Of a stretch of 47,323 bases of DNA, positions 17,666 to 26,426 are shown piece after piece (the first letter of the stretch is position 1; the number at the start of each line of letters is the position of its first letter). This stretch comes from an uncultured Chlamydiae bacterium (GTDB lineage Bacteria > Chlamydiota > Chlamydiia > Chlamydiales > SM23-39): contig CAISYW010000080.1 in the NCBI GenBank assembly GCA_903889795.1, forward strand, positions 1 to 47,323. The letters run 5' to 3'. Position numbers and translations under genes: made by a program. A model generated the notes under the pieces. It saw nothing but the letters and a program-made list of their open reading frames with translations. It was not told the origin of the DNA and did no database searches.

Positions 17666-19009
17666 ATGTTTCATGCTCTAACTGAAAAGCTCCAATCCGT
17701 TTTCGCAGGCCTGCGTGGGAATAAAACTCTGTCCGAAGAGAATATTTCCGATGCGGTTCGCCAGGTTCGTTTGGCTCTTCTGGATGCCGACGTAAATTTC
17801 ACTGTAGCCGGCGAGTTTGTTAAACGTGTGAAAGAAAAGGTTTTGGGCGGCACTGTGTTGAAGACCGTTTCTCCGGGTCAGCAGTTCATCAAATTGGTTC
17901 ATGAAGAGCTGGCTGATTTTATGGGCGCGGAAGAAGCCGCCTTGGATTTAAAGGGCAAGATTTCTGTTATCATGCTTTGCGGTCTACAGGGATCGGGTAA
18001 AACGACGACGTGTGCGAAGTTGTCCTCATGGATTACGAAAACAGATCCTCATAAGCGTCAATTATTAGTTGCTTGTGATTTACAACGGCCAGCTGCGATT
18101 GATCAGCTTCAAAAATTAGGCCAATCTATCCAGGTTCCGGTTTTTATGATTCCGGGAGAATCCAATCCCATCAAAGTGGCGAAAAAAGCCATGGAGATGG
18201 CCAAGAGCGAAGGTTTTGATGTTTTGATTGTCGATACGGCAGGGCGCCTTCATCTCGATCAGGATTTAATGCAAGAGTTGGAGGAGATGAAGAGCTTTCT
18301 GGAGCCGAGGGAAGTGCTATTCGTCGCCAATGCTACAACAGGTCAGGATGCGGTGCGAACAGCGGCCGAATTCGATCGGCGAGTACAGATTACCGGAACG
18401 ATTCTCACCATGCTCGATGGAAATGCTCGGGCGGGTGCCGCGATTTCGATTCGCGAAGTTACAAAAAAACCGTTGAAATTCGAGGGTGTGGGCGAGAAGA
18501 TTGGCGATCTGCAGGTTTTTAATCCTCGTTCCATGGCCGATAGGATCTTGGGTTTCGGGGATGTGATTAATCTCGTCAAGAAAGCACAAGAAAATTTCGA
18601 CGAAAAGCAAAATGATGAGTTAGAAAAGAAGCTTCGAAAGGCATCCTTTACCTATGAAGACTATCTGAAGCAGATGTCGATGGTGAAGAAAATGGGATCC
18701 TTCAAGAGCATCTTGAAGATGCTTCCCGGAATGGGATCCTTTAACGATCTCGATTTTTCGGAAAAAGAGTTTGGAAAGCTTGAGGCGATGATTCTTTCGA
18801 TGACGCCATCCGAGCGCCAGGAAACGGTTGAATTGACCCATCTCCGCCGTAAGCGCATTGCTACAGGCAGTGGAGTTCAAGTCGATGATGTGAATCGGAT
18901 GGTGAAAGGATTCAAACGAGTGAAGCAACTCTTGAAAGGTATGCCAAATTTAAAAGCGCAAGCCCAGAAGATGGGGCTAAAAGATATGATGAATGATTAC
19001 AGAGGATAG
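17666..19009 (+). CDS. ffh: Signal recognition particle protein Ffh
   Basis: NG domain with GLQGSGKTTT, DTAGR and TMLDG motifs, followed by a Met-rich M domain. Confidence 0.97.
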   Translation: MFHALTEKLQSVFAGLRGNKTLSEENISDAVRQVRLALLDADVNFTVAGEFVKRVKEKVLGGTVLKTVSPGQQFIKLVHEELADFMGAEEAALDLKGKISVIMLCGLQGSGKTTTCAKLSSWITKTDPHKRQLLVACDLQRPAAIDQLQKLGQSIQVPVFMIPGESNPIKVAKKAMEMAKSEGFDVLIVDTAGRLHLDQDLMQELEEMKSFLEPREVLFVANATTGQDAVRTAAEFDRRVQITGTILTMLDGNARAGAAISIREVTKKPLKFEGVGEKIGDLQVFNPRSMADRILGFGDVINLVKKAQENFDEKQNDELEKKLRKASFTYEDYLKQMSMVKKMGSFKSILKMLPGMGSFNDLDFSEKEFGKLEAMILSMTPSERQETVELTHLRRKRIATGSGVQVDDVNRMVKGFKRVKQLLKGMPNLKAQAQKMGLKDMMNDYRG

Positions 19010-19011
19010 CA

Positions 19012-19323
19012 ATGTTAGTGATTCGCTTGAGACAACAAGGTGCCAATAGCCGGCAGTCTTTCCGATTGGTCGTGACGGATGAGCGCAACCCACGGGATGG
19101 AAAATATATTGAAATGTTGGGATGGTATAATCCCTTTGGTGCGGAAATGAAAAATCTGCAGATCGATGTTCCCCGCTTACAGCACTGGCTGGATATGGGC
19201 GCTACGATTAGCGATCGGGCGAAAGCGCTTGTGAAACGATTTGCTCCTGAGGTTGTGCAGCAATTGACGCAGAAAAAAGTTGCGAAGATGACCAAGAAGA
19301 GAACTCGCCGCAAGAAAGAATAA
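19012..19323 (+). CDS. rpsP: 30S ribosomal protein S16
   Basis: MLVIRLRQQG...FRLVVTDERNPRDGKYIEMLGWYNP is typical S16. Confidence 0.95.
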   Translation: MLVIRLRQQGANSRQSFRLVVTDERNPRDGKYIEMLGWYNPFGAEMKNLQIDVPRLQHWLDMGATISDRAKALVKRFAPEVVQQLTQKKVAKMTKKRTRRKKE

Positions 19324-20003
19324 TGAGAATCGACATCCTGTCTCTTTTCCCTGACTATTTTCAGGGACCGTTTGATGTGAGTATCGTCAAACGTGCGCAG
19401 CAAAATGGACTGATTCAGATTCGCCAAGTCGATATTCGTGATTTTGCTGCTAATAAGAATAGGCGTGTTGATGATCGACCTTTTGGCGGTGGACCAGGCA
19501 TGGTTCTCTGTCCACAGCCCGCCGTAAGTGCGATTCGCAGTGTAAAAGATGAGCGCTCGCATGTTATCTATCTTTCGCCGCAAGGCGCGAAATTGGATGC
19601 GGCAAAGTGTAAGCAGTTGGCCCAAAAAGAGCATCTTGTCCTCCTTTGCGGTCATTATGAAGGAATCGATGAGAGGATCTTGGCGAATGATGTGCACGAA
19701 GAGATCAGCATTGGCGATTATGTGCTGACGAATGGGTGCGTTGCAGCCATTGTGCTTGTGGATGCGGTGATTCGCTTTATTCCAGGCGTGATAGGACATC
19801 CCGAAGCGGTGGAGCAAGATTCGTTTCAACAAGGGATTTTTGATGCTCCCCATTTTACCCGTCCCGAGGTGTTTGAAGGGATGGAGGTGCCGCACGTTTT
19901 ACGTCAGGGTCACCACGCAGAAATTGAAAAATGGCGCCGTGCCGAAGCAATGAAAAAAACAGCCCGGGTTCGACCCGAATTAGTGAAAGGAGTGACTCCG
20001 TGA
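19323..20003 (+). CDS. trmD: tRNA (guanine37-N1)-methyltransferase
   Basis: MRIDILSLFPDYF...DDRPFGGGPGMV...CGHYEGIDERI. The start overlaps the rpsP stop (TAATG). Confidence 0.96.
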   Translation: MRIDILSLFPDYFQGPFDVSIVKRAQQNGLIQIRQVDIRDFAANKNRRVDDRPFGGGPGMVLCPQPAVSAIRSVKDERSHVIYLSPQGAKLDAAKCKQLAQKEHLVLLCGHYEGIDERILANDVHEEISIGDYVLTNGCVAAIVLVDAVIRFIPGVIGHPEAVEQDSFQQGIFDAPHFTRPEVFEGMEVPHVLRQGHHAEIEKWRRAEAMKKTARVRPELVKGVTP

Positions 20004-20428
20004 GTCGTACACCAGTGATTGAAGAACTTGAAAAATCGTATCTCAAGAAAGATGTTCCCCTATTTTATGTTGGGGATACTATTCGCGTTCAGACGCGTAT
20101 TATTGAAGGAGACAAGGAGCGTACGCAGGCTTTTACGGGCACTGTGATTGCGAAAAAAGGTACGGGACTATCCGAGACCTTTTCGTTATATCGACATGCT
20201 TACGGCTCTAACATGGAAAGAGTTTTTCTTCTCCACAGCCCTCGGATCGCTCAAATTGAGATTGTCCGTTCAGGAAAAGTGCGTCGTGCGAAACTTTATT
20301 ATATCCGTGGAAAATCGGGTAAAGCCATTAAAGTTCGCGAGCTTTTTACATCTGGAGAAAAGGCTGAGAGCGCCGTTCCCGAAGTTTCGGGTTCCGATGT
20401 TCCTGTTGATGAAACACCGGAGAGTTAA
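20000..20428 (+). CDS. rplS: 50S ribosomal protein L19
   Basis: L19 core: GDTIRVQTRIIEGDKERTQAFTGTVIAKKG...RVFLLHSPRIAQIEIVR. I chose the GTG at 20000, which overlaps the trmD stop as GTGA and is preceded by GAAAGGAG. The ORF-track start at 19931 lies deep inside trmD. Confidence 0.9.
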   Translation: MSRTPVIEELEKSYLKKDVPLFYVGDTIRVQTRIIEGDKERTQAFTGTVIAKKGTGLSETFSLYRHAYGSNMERVFLLHSPRIAQIEIVRSGKVRRAKLYYIRGKSGKAIKVRELFTSGEKAESAVPEVSGSDVPVDETPES

Positions 20429-20464
20429 TAACTCTTTTTAAAAACTTTCTCAGCGCGTAATCTG

Positions 20465-20493
20465 TGCACCTAAAACGAGGAGTTTTAGGTGCA
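20465..20493 (+). promoter_or_regulatory. 12-bp perfect hairpin with GAGGA in its loop and the rnhB GTG start in its 3' arm
   Basis: tgcacctaaaac (20465-20476), loop gagga (20477-20481), gttttaggtgca (20482-20493). The GTG at 20489 is the first codon of the rnhB ORF. Confidence 0.45.
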
Positions 20494-21151
20494 GAGATTG
20501 ATTGATTGCGATCAACGAGAAAGAAGTCGTCTTCGAAAAATGTCCCTTCACGAACAACGTCTGTATAAGCTGGGTTATCAACATATTGCCGGCATTGATG
20601 AGGCAGGGCGAGGACCTTTGGCCGGTCCTGTGGTTGCTGCGGCATGTATTTTGCCGTGCGATTTTTTGCTTTCTCATTTAAATGACAGCAAACAGCTTTC
20701 TTCTAAACAACGCGATGAGCTATTTGCAGAAATCACTTCCGACTCCCGAATTGTCTACGGGATCGGCATTGTGTCAGTCGATCGGATTGAAGAGATTAAT
20801 ATTCTGCGTGCCACGTTTGAGGCGATGCAAGAAAGTGTAGTAAAACTATCTCGTAGGCCGGAATATCTGCTGATTGATGGTAATCAATTACCCGCTTTTA
20901 ACTATCCAAAAGAAGGGATTGTGCATGGAGATGCTGTTTCAATTTCCATTGCTGCAGCGTCCATTATCGCTAAAGTGACGCGGGATCGAATCATGATCGA
21001 AGAAGCGGCCCGATGGCCGCAATATGGTTTTGCGCAGCATAAAGGCTATGGTACAGCGCAGCATCTCGACGCCATCCGACAATTGGGGCCGTGTCCTTTT
21101 CATCGAAAGACCTTCGAGCCTATCAAAAGCTGGATTGATTCTAATTTTTAA
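20489..21151 (+). CDS. rnhB: Ribonuclease HII
   Basis: GIDEAGRGPLAGPVVAAA with DSKQL and HKGYGT motifs. An alternative start is the ATG at 20540 (MSLHEQ...). Confidence 0.93.
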   Translation: MQRLIDCDQRERSRLRKMSLHEQRLYKLGYQHIAGIDEAGRGPLAGPVVAAACILPCDFLLSHLNDSKQLSSKQRDELFAEITSDSRIVYGIGIVSVDRIEEINILRATFEAMQESVVKLSRRPEYLLIDGNQLPAFNYPKEGIVHGDAVSISIAAASIIAKVTRDRIMIEEAARWPQYGFAQHKGYGTAQHLDAIRQLGPCPFHRKTFEPIKSWIDSNF

Positions 21152-21846
21152 ATCGTACCTCGCCGCTCGTAAGGAGATCTTGGAGCTTCGGGTTTTTCAA
21201 GTATCTGTTTCATAGCTTGATTCTGTCGGCGTAATTTTCTATTTTCTTCTTTGAGAAAACTTATTTTTATTCGATCTGTACTATCCATTGTTTTGAATAC
21301 TTGTGCCGTGGTTGCAAGTTTTGTCTCGCGTATCACTCCTATGCGTTCTGCATCACTGACAATTTCGTATACCAGAGCGCGTGCATCACTGCGTTTCGCA
21401 GCATCCAATTTCTGAGATGCTGTTGTAATGGCAACTGAACATCTATTCAATTCAGATAGAGCATCATCGATAAGACGTAATTTGATTAAATCTTTTTGAT
21501 AGGAGCCTTTTAAAATTTGTAGGCCTTTGATCGCGGCATCTGTTTTGTATGCTATTCTTGCGCAATCTGTTTTTGATAAAGAATTTAACTCCGTGGGGTT
21601 GAAAAATCGACTGAGGCTACTGACAAATGGAGTTAATTCCTCAATGGAGCGGTTCCATTGACCTTTATAACCTACATAGGATCCTGCGAGACTGAGAAGA
21701 TTAGCCCCCGTTCTTGCAAGTCTCCATGATGTTCCCGGTTCAACTTTACCTTCTGCAAAACAAGGTTTTTCACCCGGCCTAAAACTGGCTAATTCATCTA
21801 ATCTCGTTTCTACGAATTGGAAATTACTTGATGCTCCAGTAGCCAT
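21148..21846 (-). CDS. Hypothetical protein (232 aa), helical with a coiled-coil C-terminus; effector candidate
   Basis: SD GGAGAAG precedes the ATG and the upstream region is AT-rich. No motif recognised. Its stop overlaps the rnhB stop at TTAA (21148-21151). Confidence 0.6.
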   Translation of the reverse strand: MATGASSNFQFVETRLDELASFRPGEKPCFAEGKVEPGTSWRLARTGANLLSLAGSYVGYKGQWNRSIEELTPFVSSLSRFFNPTELNSLSKTDCARIAYKTDAAIKGLQILKGSYQKDLIKLRLIDDALSELNRCSVAITTASQKLDAAKRSDARALVYEIVSDAERIGVIRETKLATTAQVFKTMDSTDRIKISFLKEENRKLRRQNQAMKQILEKPEAPRSPYERRGTI

Positions 21847-21957
21847 GACTTACTTCTCCGTTAAATGTTAATATTATAATTTTATCACAATTAACAAAAT
21901 AAATAAATGCAAATTGTTAAAATTTTTAGTATTAGGTTGAGTGTTTGGTGTAAAAGA

Positions 21958-22965
21958 TTATTTAAATATTCGTGCGAGTTTTTGCATCATATCTTTTGAT
22001 AAATAGGCGTGGCCATATTCTGGGCTTGTCAGCACAGAGACGTTCTCAGCCTTGGGCCGGTTTGAAACGAAGTCGGCCATTTGTGCGCCCCGCGGAATGA
22101 TTGGATCATTTTGATGGTTTAAAATCGTGACTCGGTAACCTTGTTCGATCAGATTTTTCATGGGAGCGGTCGCGTCTAACAGCGCTCCGATGGTCCATCC
22201 GATCCAGGATGCTATTTTGGGCCATTTAGGCATTATTACACTGGTGGTCGCGGTGAAGGAGTCGTGGTTGATCAACTGAACTCGATCTCGATCGAGGGGT
22301 GGTTTACAGCTCGATGCATTCATAAGAGCGGCAGTCGCAACGGCTCCTCCCAATGAACTGCCTATGGTCGTTACTTTTTTATAATTTTGTAATGCATGGT
22401 TTAAAATTCTATGTCCGTCCGTTACGATAGATGTAGCGGTAGGACGATATTTGAAAAAACGGCTTGTTTGATTTCCGGAGCTATTGAGTCCTGTTCCTCG
22501 GTAGTCATACATAATAATCGGGCATTTCGCCAAGTCTAAGAGCTTTGCAGGCGTTGAAATCAATTTTCCATTTTTAATAAAATCTGCAACTGTCGCGCAA
22601 TTCGGATTATTGTATATTATGCAGCGACTATGATCTTTTCGATTAAAATTTGGGGGATAATAGATCGTGCATTTTAATGAATTGCCATCATAATGACGTA
22701 GGTCAAGAATTTCAATTGATGCTGGATTTGATTGAACTACTTGATTGATGATTTCTTCTGATTTTTCTGCGTTCGGACATCTATATTGTGATGGGACGAG
22801 CAATGAACTTGTGAGAAAAGCAAATCCACCCCGATTTACAATTAGCCAGTAAATCGCTCCAATTGTCCCTATAAGGCCGGTAGTGAGGTAAGAATTTCTT
22901 TGATCTGATGAAGACCTTAATAAGGATCTGCTGGGTTGTGTTGTTGGTGTCGCGATGGAAGTCAT
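21958..22965 (-). CDS. Membrane-anchored alpha/beta hydrolase (GxSxG)
   Basis: N-terminal TM (LTTGLIGTIGAIYWLIV), YDYRGTGLNSSG, and nucleophile elbow GSSLGGA. Motif order is the same as in the hydrolase module of 12521..14521. Confidence 0.75.
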   Translation of the reverse strand: MTSIATPTTQPSRSLLRSSSDQRNSYLTTGLIGTIGAIYWLIVNRGGFAFLTSSLLVPSQYRCPNAEKSEEIINQVVQSNPASIEILDLRHYDGNSLKCTIYYPPNFNRKDHSRCIIYNNPNCATVADFIKNGKLISTPAKLLDLAKCPIIMYDYRGTGLNSSGNQTSRFFKYRPTATSIVTDGHRILNHALQNYKKVTTIGSSLGGAVATAALMNASSCKPPLDRDRVQLINHDSFTATTSVIMPKWPKIASWIGWTIGALLDATAPMKNLIEQGYRVTILNHQNDPIIPRGAQMADFVSNRPKAENVSVLTSPEYGHAYLSKDMMQKLARIFK

Positions 22966-23103
22966 GCTAATTCTTTAATTCAACTCATCTTTTGTAAGGA
23001 TTATATCGTTTTAGTTTGTTTTTCTCCATGCTTTATAAATGGTTTATAAACACATTCTTTACATAACGGTTATGAGACAATCGCTAACCATGAGCGGGTT
23101 TTT

Positions 23104-23145
23104 TCAAAAAATAAGGCGGGGAAGGGGTCGAATCTTCTCCGCCTT
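23104..23145 (-). terminator. Intrinsic terminator of the AAA+ gene
   Basis: The minus strand reads aaggcggagaag-attcgaccc-cttccccgcctt (12-bp stem with one G-U pair) followed by attttttg. It lies 31 nt after the stop at 23177. Confidence 0.65.
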
Positions 23146-23176
23146 AAGGCCTTGGTTTAAAGTTATTCTCTTTTGC

Positions 23177-24985
23177 CTAATTTGCTGAACTCTCAAGCTG
23201 TTTTGCAGGAGGAGTTTCAGCAGCCATGATCTCGGTCTGTTTATCTCCTAATGATATAGAAGAACCTCGATCAGAAATATCGCGCACCGTATTTGCTGAA
23301 CTCTTAGGCACTTTTGCGGGAGGAGTTTCAGCAACCATGATCTCGACCTGTTCATCCCCTAATGATATAGAAGAACCTCGATCAGAAATATCGCGCACCG
23401 TGCGCTCTTGCTCAACAATATCTCTAACCGCTTCCACAATTAATTCCTCGCTCAATTCATGATCATCAGAACATTCTTTACGCATCAAAATTTCATTCAC
23501 CAGTTTTTGCAGCTTTCTTCCTGTAAATCCTTGAGTATACTGGGCAATTTCATTGAGTGTCCGATCGTTGAAATACAACGCAATTTCTTCTGAATTGAAA
23601 TTGGCTTCAATGTTTTGCAACAAAATTTTCCGTCTTTCAGGAAGCTCTGGCGGTGAGATATGGAGAATGTGATCAAATCGCGTTAACATAGCAGGGTCAA
23701 TATCTTGTAATCGATTGGTGCTGGCCATGAAACATACTTTTCGATTCGGTGAACCTAATGCATTCAAGAGCCTGTTTTCGATCTCTAACAGTGCCTGGCT
23801 CATCCCTAGCGTGTCTCTACGTCGAGCTATGCATTCAAATTCGTCGGTAAAAACTATTGTGGGAGCTGAAATTGAATTAAACAGCCTATTAAATTCGGTT
23901 ACACCTTCTCCGCGTGCATTATACTGACATAAATCGCCTCCTGACATTTCTATTGAATTCATGCCGGATTCTTCTATTATTTGTTCAGCTACCATTGTTT
24001 TTCCGGTGCCGCCATCACCATATAAGAGAACGTTTTGAAAAAATCCGCCGCGTTTTAAAGTGTTGGCTAAACCGGACTTGATAACCTTTAGCCGTTTCGA
24101 AATAGGTTCATTAAAAACAGGTTTAATCTTTGGTAATTGTTCTTTTTTTGAACGAAATAGGTAGGAAGGATTAAGCTTCCATATCCATGAAAAAAATCCG
24201 CCGTTTTGTCTGATCCTCTGCGCCAATGGAGGACGTCCGATATTATAGCTCATTCGTCGATACAAATAGATAACCGAACACCCTGTCCCTAAGATGAGGC
24301 CCACTCCGAGAAGTAGATATGGAACTGAATGCATCAGAATTCCTTGAGAGAAATTCGCAGAAATTTGAGATAGAGCGTCGCTTAATGGCATTCCGGCGTC
24401 GAGTAAGAACCTTTGGAGCTTCTCACCGTAAATTTTTGCTGTCTCGTTGAGATTGAGTTCTTTTCCGGCAGTTAAAGCAGCGTCATTTACCTCTTTTATA
24501 ACAGTGCTCACGATGCTTTTTAAATCCATACTTTGAACATATTTAATTAATGCTTCTGAAAATTCTTTTCCGAAAACTTCACTAATGGATGTCATGTTTA
24601 ATTTTTTGATAAATTCAGGAGCCTCTCTTGCAATAAACTGTGAGATGTTTTGAGCTACTTCACTGAAGTTTGCTTCCTGAAGGGTTGCGCCACCTTCATT
24701 CATTGCAGAACGAACTATCGTGCTGGCAATTCGAGAAGTTAACTCAGTGATGTATTCAGAAGACGCTTCGCTGATGTATTCAATGGATGCATTACCTGCT
24801 GTATAGATGGGAGTAGTCATGGCTCTTAAAAAATGCTCATTTACGAAACTTCGAGTCGTCTCAGTACAAAATTGATAAGCTCCATTTACAACGTGTTCTC
24901 CTGTTGTGTTGCCTGCTGCACCCATTGCAGCTGACGCGGCTCTCATAAATTGATCGTTAAAAACATACCCTGCTATACCAGCCAT
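23177..24985 (-). CDS. ATAD3-like AAA+ ATPase: N-terminal helical region, one TM helix, AAA domain, C-terminal 2 x 37-aa repeat
   Basis: Walker A GDGGTGKT, Walker B IVFTDEFE, and TM VPYLLLGVGLILGTGCSVIYLY. Several segments resemble eukaryotic ATAD3 as I recall it: IGRPPLAQRIRQ, SGMNSIEMSGGDL..GEGVTEFNRLF. I preferred the ATG at 24985 (GAGG 8 nt upstream) over the ATG at 25027. Confidence 0.8.
   Translation of the reverse strand: MAGIAGYVFNDQFMRAASAAMGAAGNTTGEHVVNGAYQFCTETTRSFVNEHFLRAMTTPIYTAGNASIEYISEASSEYITELTSRIASTIVRSAMNEGGATLQEANFSEVAQNISQFIAREAPEFIKKLNMTSISEVFGKEFSEALIKYVQSMDLKSIVSTVIKEVNDAALTAGKELNLNETAKIYGEKLQRFLLDAGMPLSDALSQISANFSQGILMHSVPYLLLGVGLILGTGCSVIYLYRRMSYNIGRPPLAQRIRQNGGFFSWIWKLNPSYLFRSKKEQLPKIKPVFNEPISKRLKVIKSGLANTLKRGGFFQNVLLYGDGGTGKTMVAEQIIEESGMNSIEMSGGDLCQYNARGEGVTEFNRLFNSISAPTIVFTDEFECIARRRDTLGMSQALLEIENRLLNALGSPNRKVCFMASTNRLQDIDPAMLTRFDHILHISPPELPERRKILLQNIEANFNSEEIALYFNDRTLNEIAQYTQGFTGRKLQKLVNEILMRKECSDDHELSEELIVEAVRDIVEQERTVRDISDRGSSISLGDEQVEIMVAETPPAKVPKSSANTVRDISDRGSSISLGDKQTEIMAAETPPAKQLESSAN
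23181..23402. repeat. 111-bp direct tandem duplication (2 copies) inside the 3' end of the AAA+ gene
   Basis: tttgctgaac... occurs at 23181 and again at 23292. The copies are nearly identical, especially ...cctaatgatatagaagaacctcgatcagaaatatcgcgcaccgt. It encodes TVRDISDRGSSISLGD[EK]Q[VT]EIM[VA]AETPPAK... twice. Confidence 0.9.
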
Positions 24986-25323
24986 ATTAATACCTCGGTT
25001 ATTAATTTTATTAATTAACTGTACCATACTTTTTAGTTATTTAGAACAAAAAATTTAAGGTTTATTTATAAATAATAAAAAATATGTATTTATTTCTTTA
25101 ATTATATAGATATTTTTAATGATTAAAAAAAAGACTTATTAAAAGGATCGTCGGTTTTTTTTAATGAATGGGAACGGCTATACCACGCTTTTCAGCTATA
25201 CTGGGCGCGGGTGGGGTTTTATCACCGAGTTCCCTATACCCCCGCAAAGTCGAGATCAAAATCTTTTTAATAAGCGTTGTTCGTTTTTTGGGAAACGAAT
25301 GAGGCACTTGCAAAACTCCATTC

Positions 25324-25440
25324 GGAGTCAAATCCGCCCTTTTTCCGCTGGCTTCGAATTTCTCGCAAAGCGCTTATGGCCAAAAGGATATGTCGCTTTG
25401 CGAGAAATCGAACCAGCGAAAAAATCATCGAATTTGACTC
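25324..25440. repeat. Nested imperfect inverted repeat (structured element) upstream of yicC
   Basis: ccgctggcttcgaatttctcgcaaagcg (25345-25372) pairs with cgctttgcgagaaatcgaaccagcg (25394-25418), with 2 bulges. The outer pair is ggagtcaaat (25324-25333) with atttgactc (25432-25440). A direct near-copy tcgaatttgactctcaaagcg (25428-25448) could pair alternatively. Confidence 0.8.
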
Positions 25441-25540
25441 TCAAAGCGAATTTTGCAATTACCTCGAATGATTTTTTCTTGATTGTCATCTCTTCTTTGC
25501 CTATCGTGAAACATTCATTTTTCGCGGTGGATTTGTTTTT

Positions 25541-26425
25541 ATGCTCATAAGCATGACCGGTTTTGGACGAGCTATTTTAGATGCATCATTCGGCAGGATT
25601 GTCGTTGAAATCCAATGTCTGAATCGAAAATATCTTGAGGTTGCGATTTCGCTTCCCAAAGAATTGAATCGCTTTGATAACGAGATTCGAAAATGGATTG
25701 GCGAATCCATATCGCGCGGTCAGGTGAATATTCGGGTGTTTTTGACCCCCAGCGATGAAACACTTAATCAACTGTTGCCTGATCCCGCAATGCTGAAACG
25801 GTTGAAGACGGCGTGGACTCAAATTGCAAAAGAGAGCGGAACGGATCCTCAATCGATTAATCTGCCATTTTTGCTGGAGAATATGCCGCCATCGATGCTG
25901 CAAAGTTTGGCAGGAGATGAAAAGGATTGTCTCTCTGCATTAAAACAATGCATTGAAGAGGCTATCGCAGGGGTTGTGGAGATGAAGCGTCGAGAGGGTC
26001 AAGCTCTGATGCTCGATATTGGAGTGAGGTTGAAAGAGCTCGATCGGCTGGTTCATCAAATCGAAGAGCTCGCTCCCCAATCAGTCGTGAAGCAAAGAGA
26101 AAAACTCAAAGAGCGCATCTTGGAAGTGCTGGCGCCGGGGTTGGAGCTGGATGAGAGATTATTGCGTGAGTTGGCTCTATTCGCCGATCGGGTGGACGTC
26201 TCTGAAGAGATTACACGGTTTTATTCTCATATCAGCCAATTTCACGAGATTTTGAAGACCAATCGCGGTCCCGTAGGACGTAAACTCGATTTTCTGGTAC
26301 AAGAAATTGGGCGTGAGATCAATACGATCGGATCGAAATCGGCTGATGCCGGAATCACTCGCCTCGTTGTCGATGCAAAAAGCGAGCTCGAAAAAGTGCG
26401 TGAACAAATTCAAAATATAGAATGA
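25541..26425 (+). CDS. yicC: YicC-family stress-induced protein / endoribonuclease
   Basis: N-terminal SMTGFGRA and C-terminal KLDFLVQEIGREINTIGSK are typical of the YicC family (N- and C-terminal domains). Confidence 0.88.
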   Translation: MLISMTGFGRAILDASFGRIVVEIQCLNRKYLEVAISLPKELNRFDNEIRKWIGESISRGQVNIRVFLTPSDETLNQLLPDPAMLKRLKTAWTQIAKESGTDPQSINLPFLLENMPPSMLQSLAGDEKDCLSALKQCIEEAIAGVVEMKRREGQALMLDIGVRLKELDRLVHQIEELAPQSVVKQREKLKERILEVLAPGLELDERLLRELALFADRVDVSEEITRFYSHISQFHEILKTNRGPVGRKLDFLVQEIGREINTIGSKSADAGITRLVVDAKSELEKVREQIQNIE

Positions 26426-26426
26426 T

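Noticed and set aside
18912-19895. 327-aa minus-strand ORF
   Set aside because: It lies entirely antisense to ffh, rpsP and trmD, whose products are unmistakable. Its composition is Arg/Ser/Leu-rich, typical of a shadow frame, and it has no RBS.
25164-25550. 128-aa plus-strand ORF (and 25277..25471) in the gap upstream of yicC
   Set aside because: It has no SD and a low-complexity, implausible sequence, and it runs across the nested inverted repeats. The region is better explained as structured non-coding DNA.
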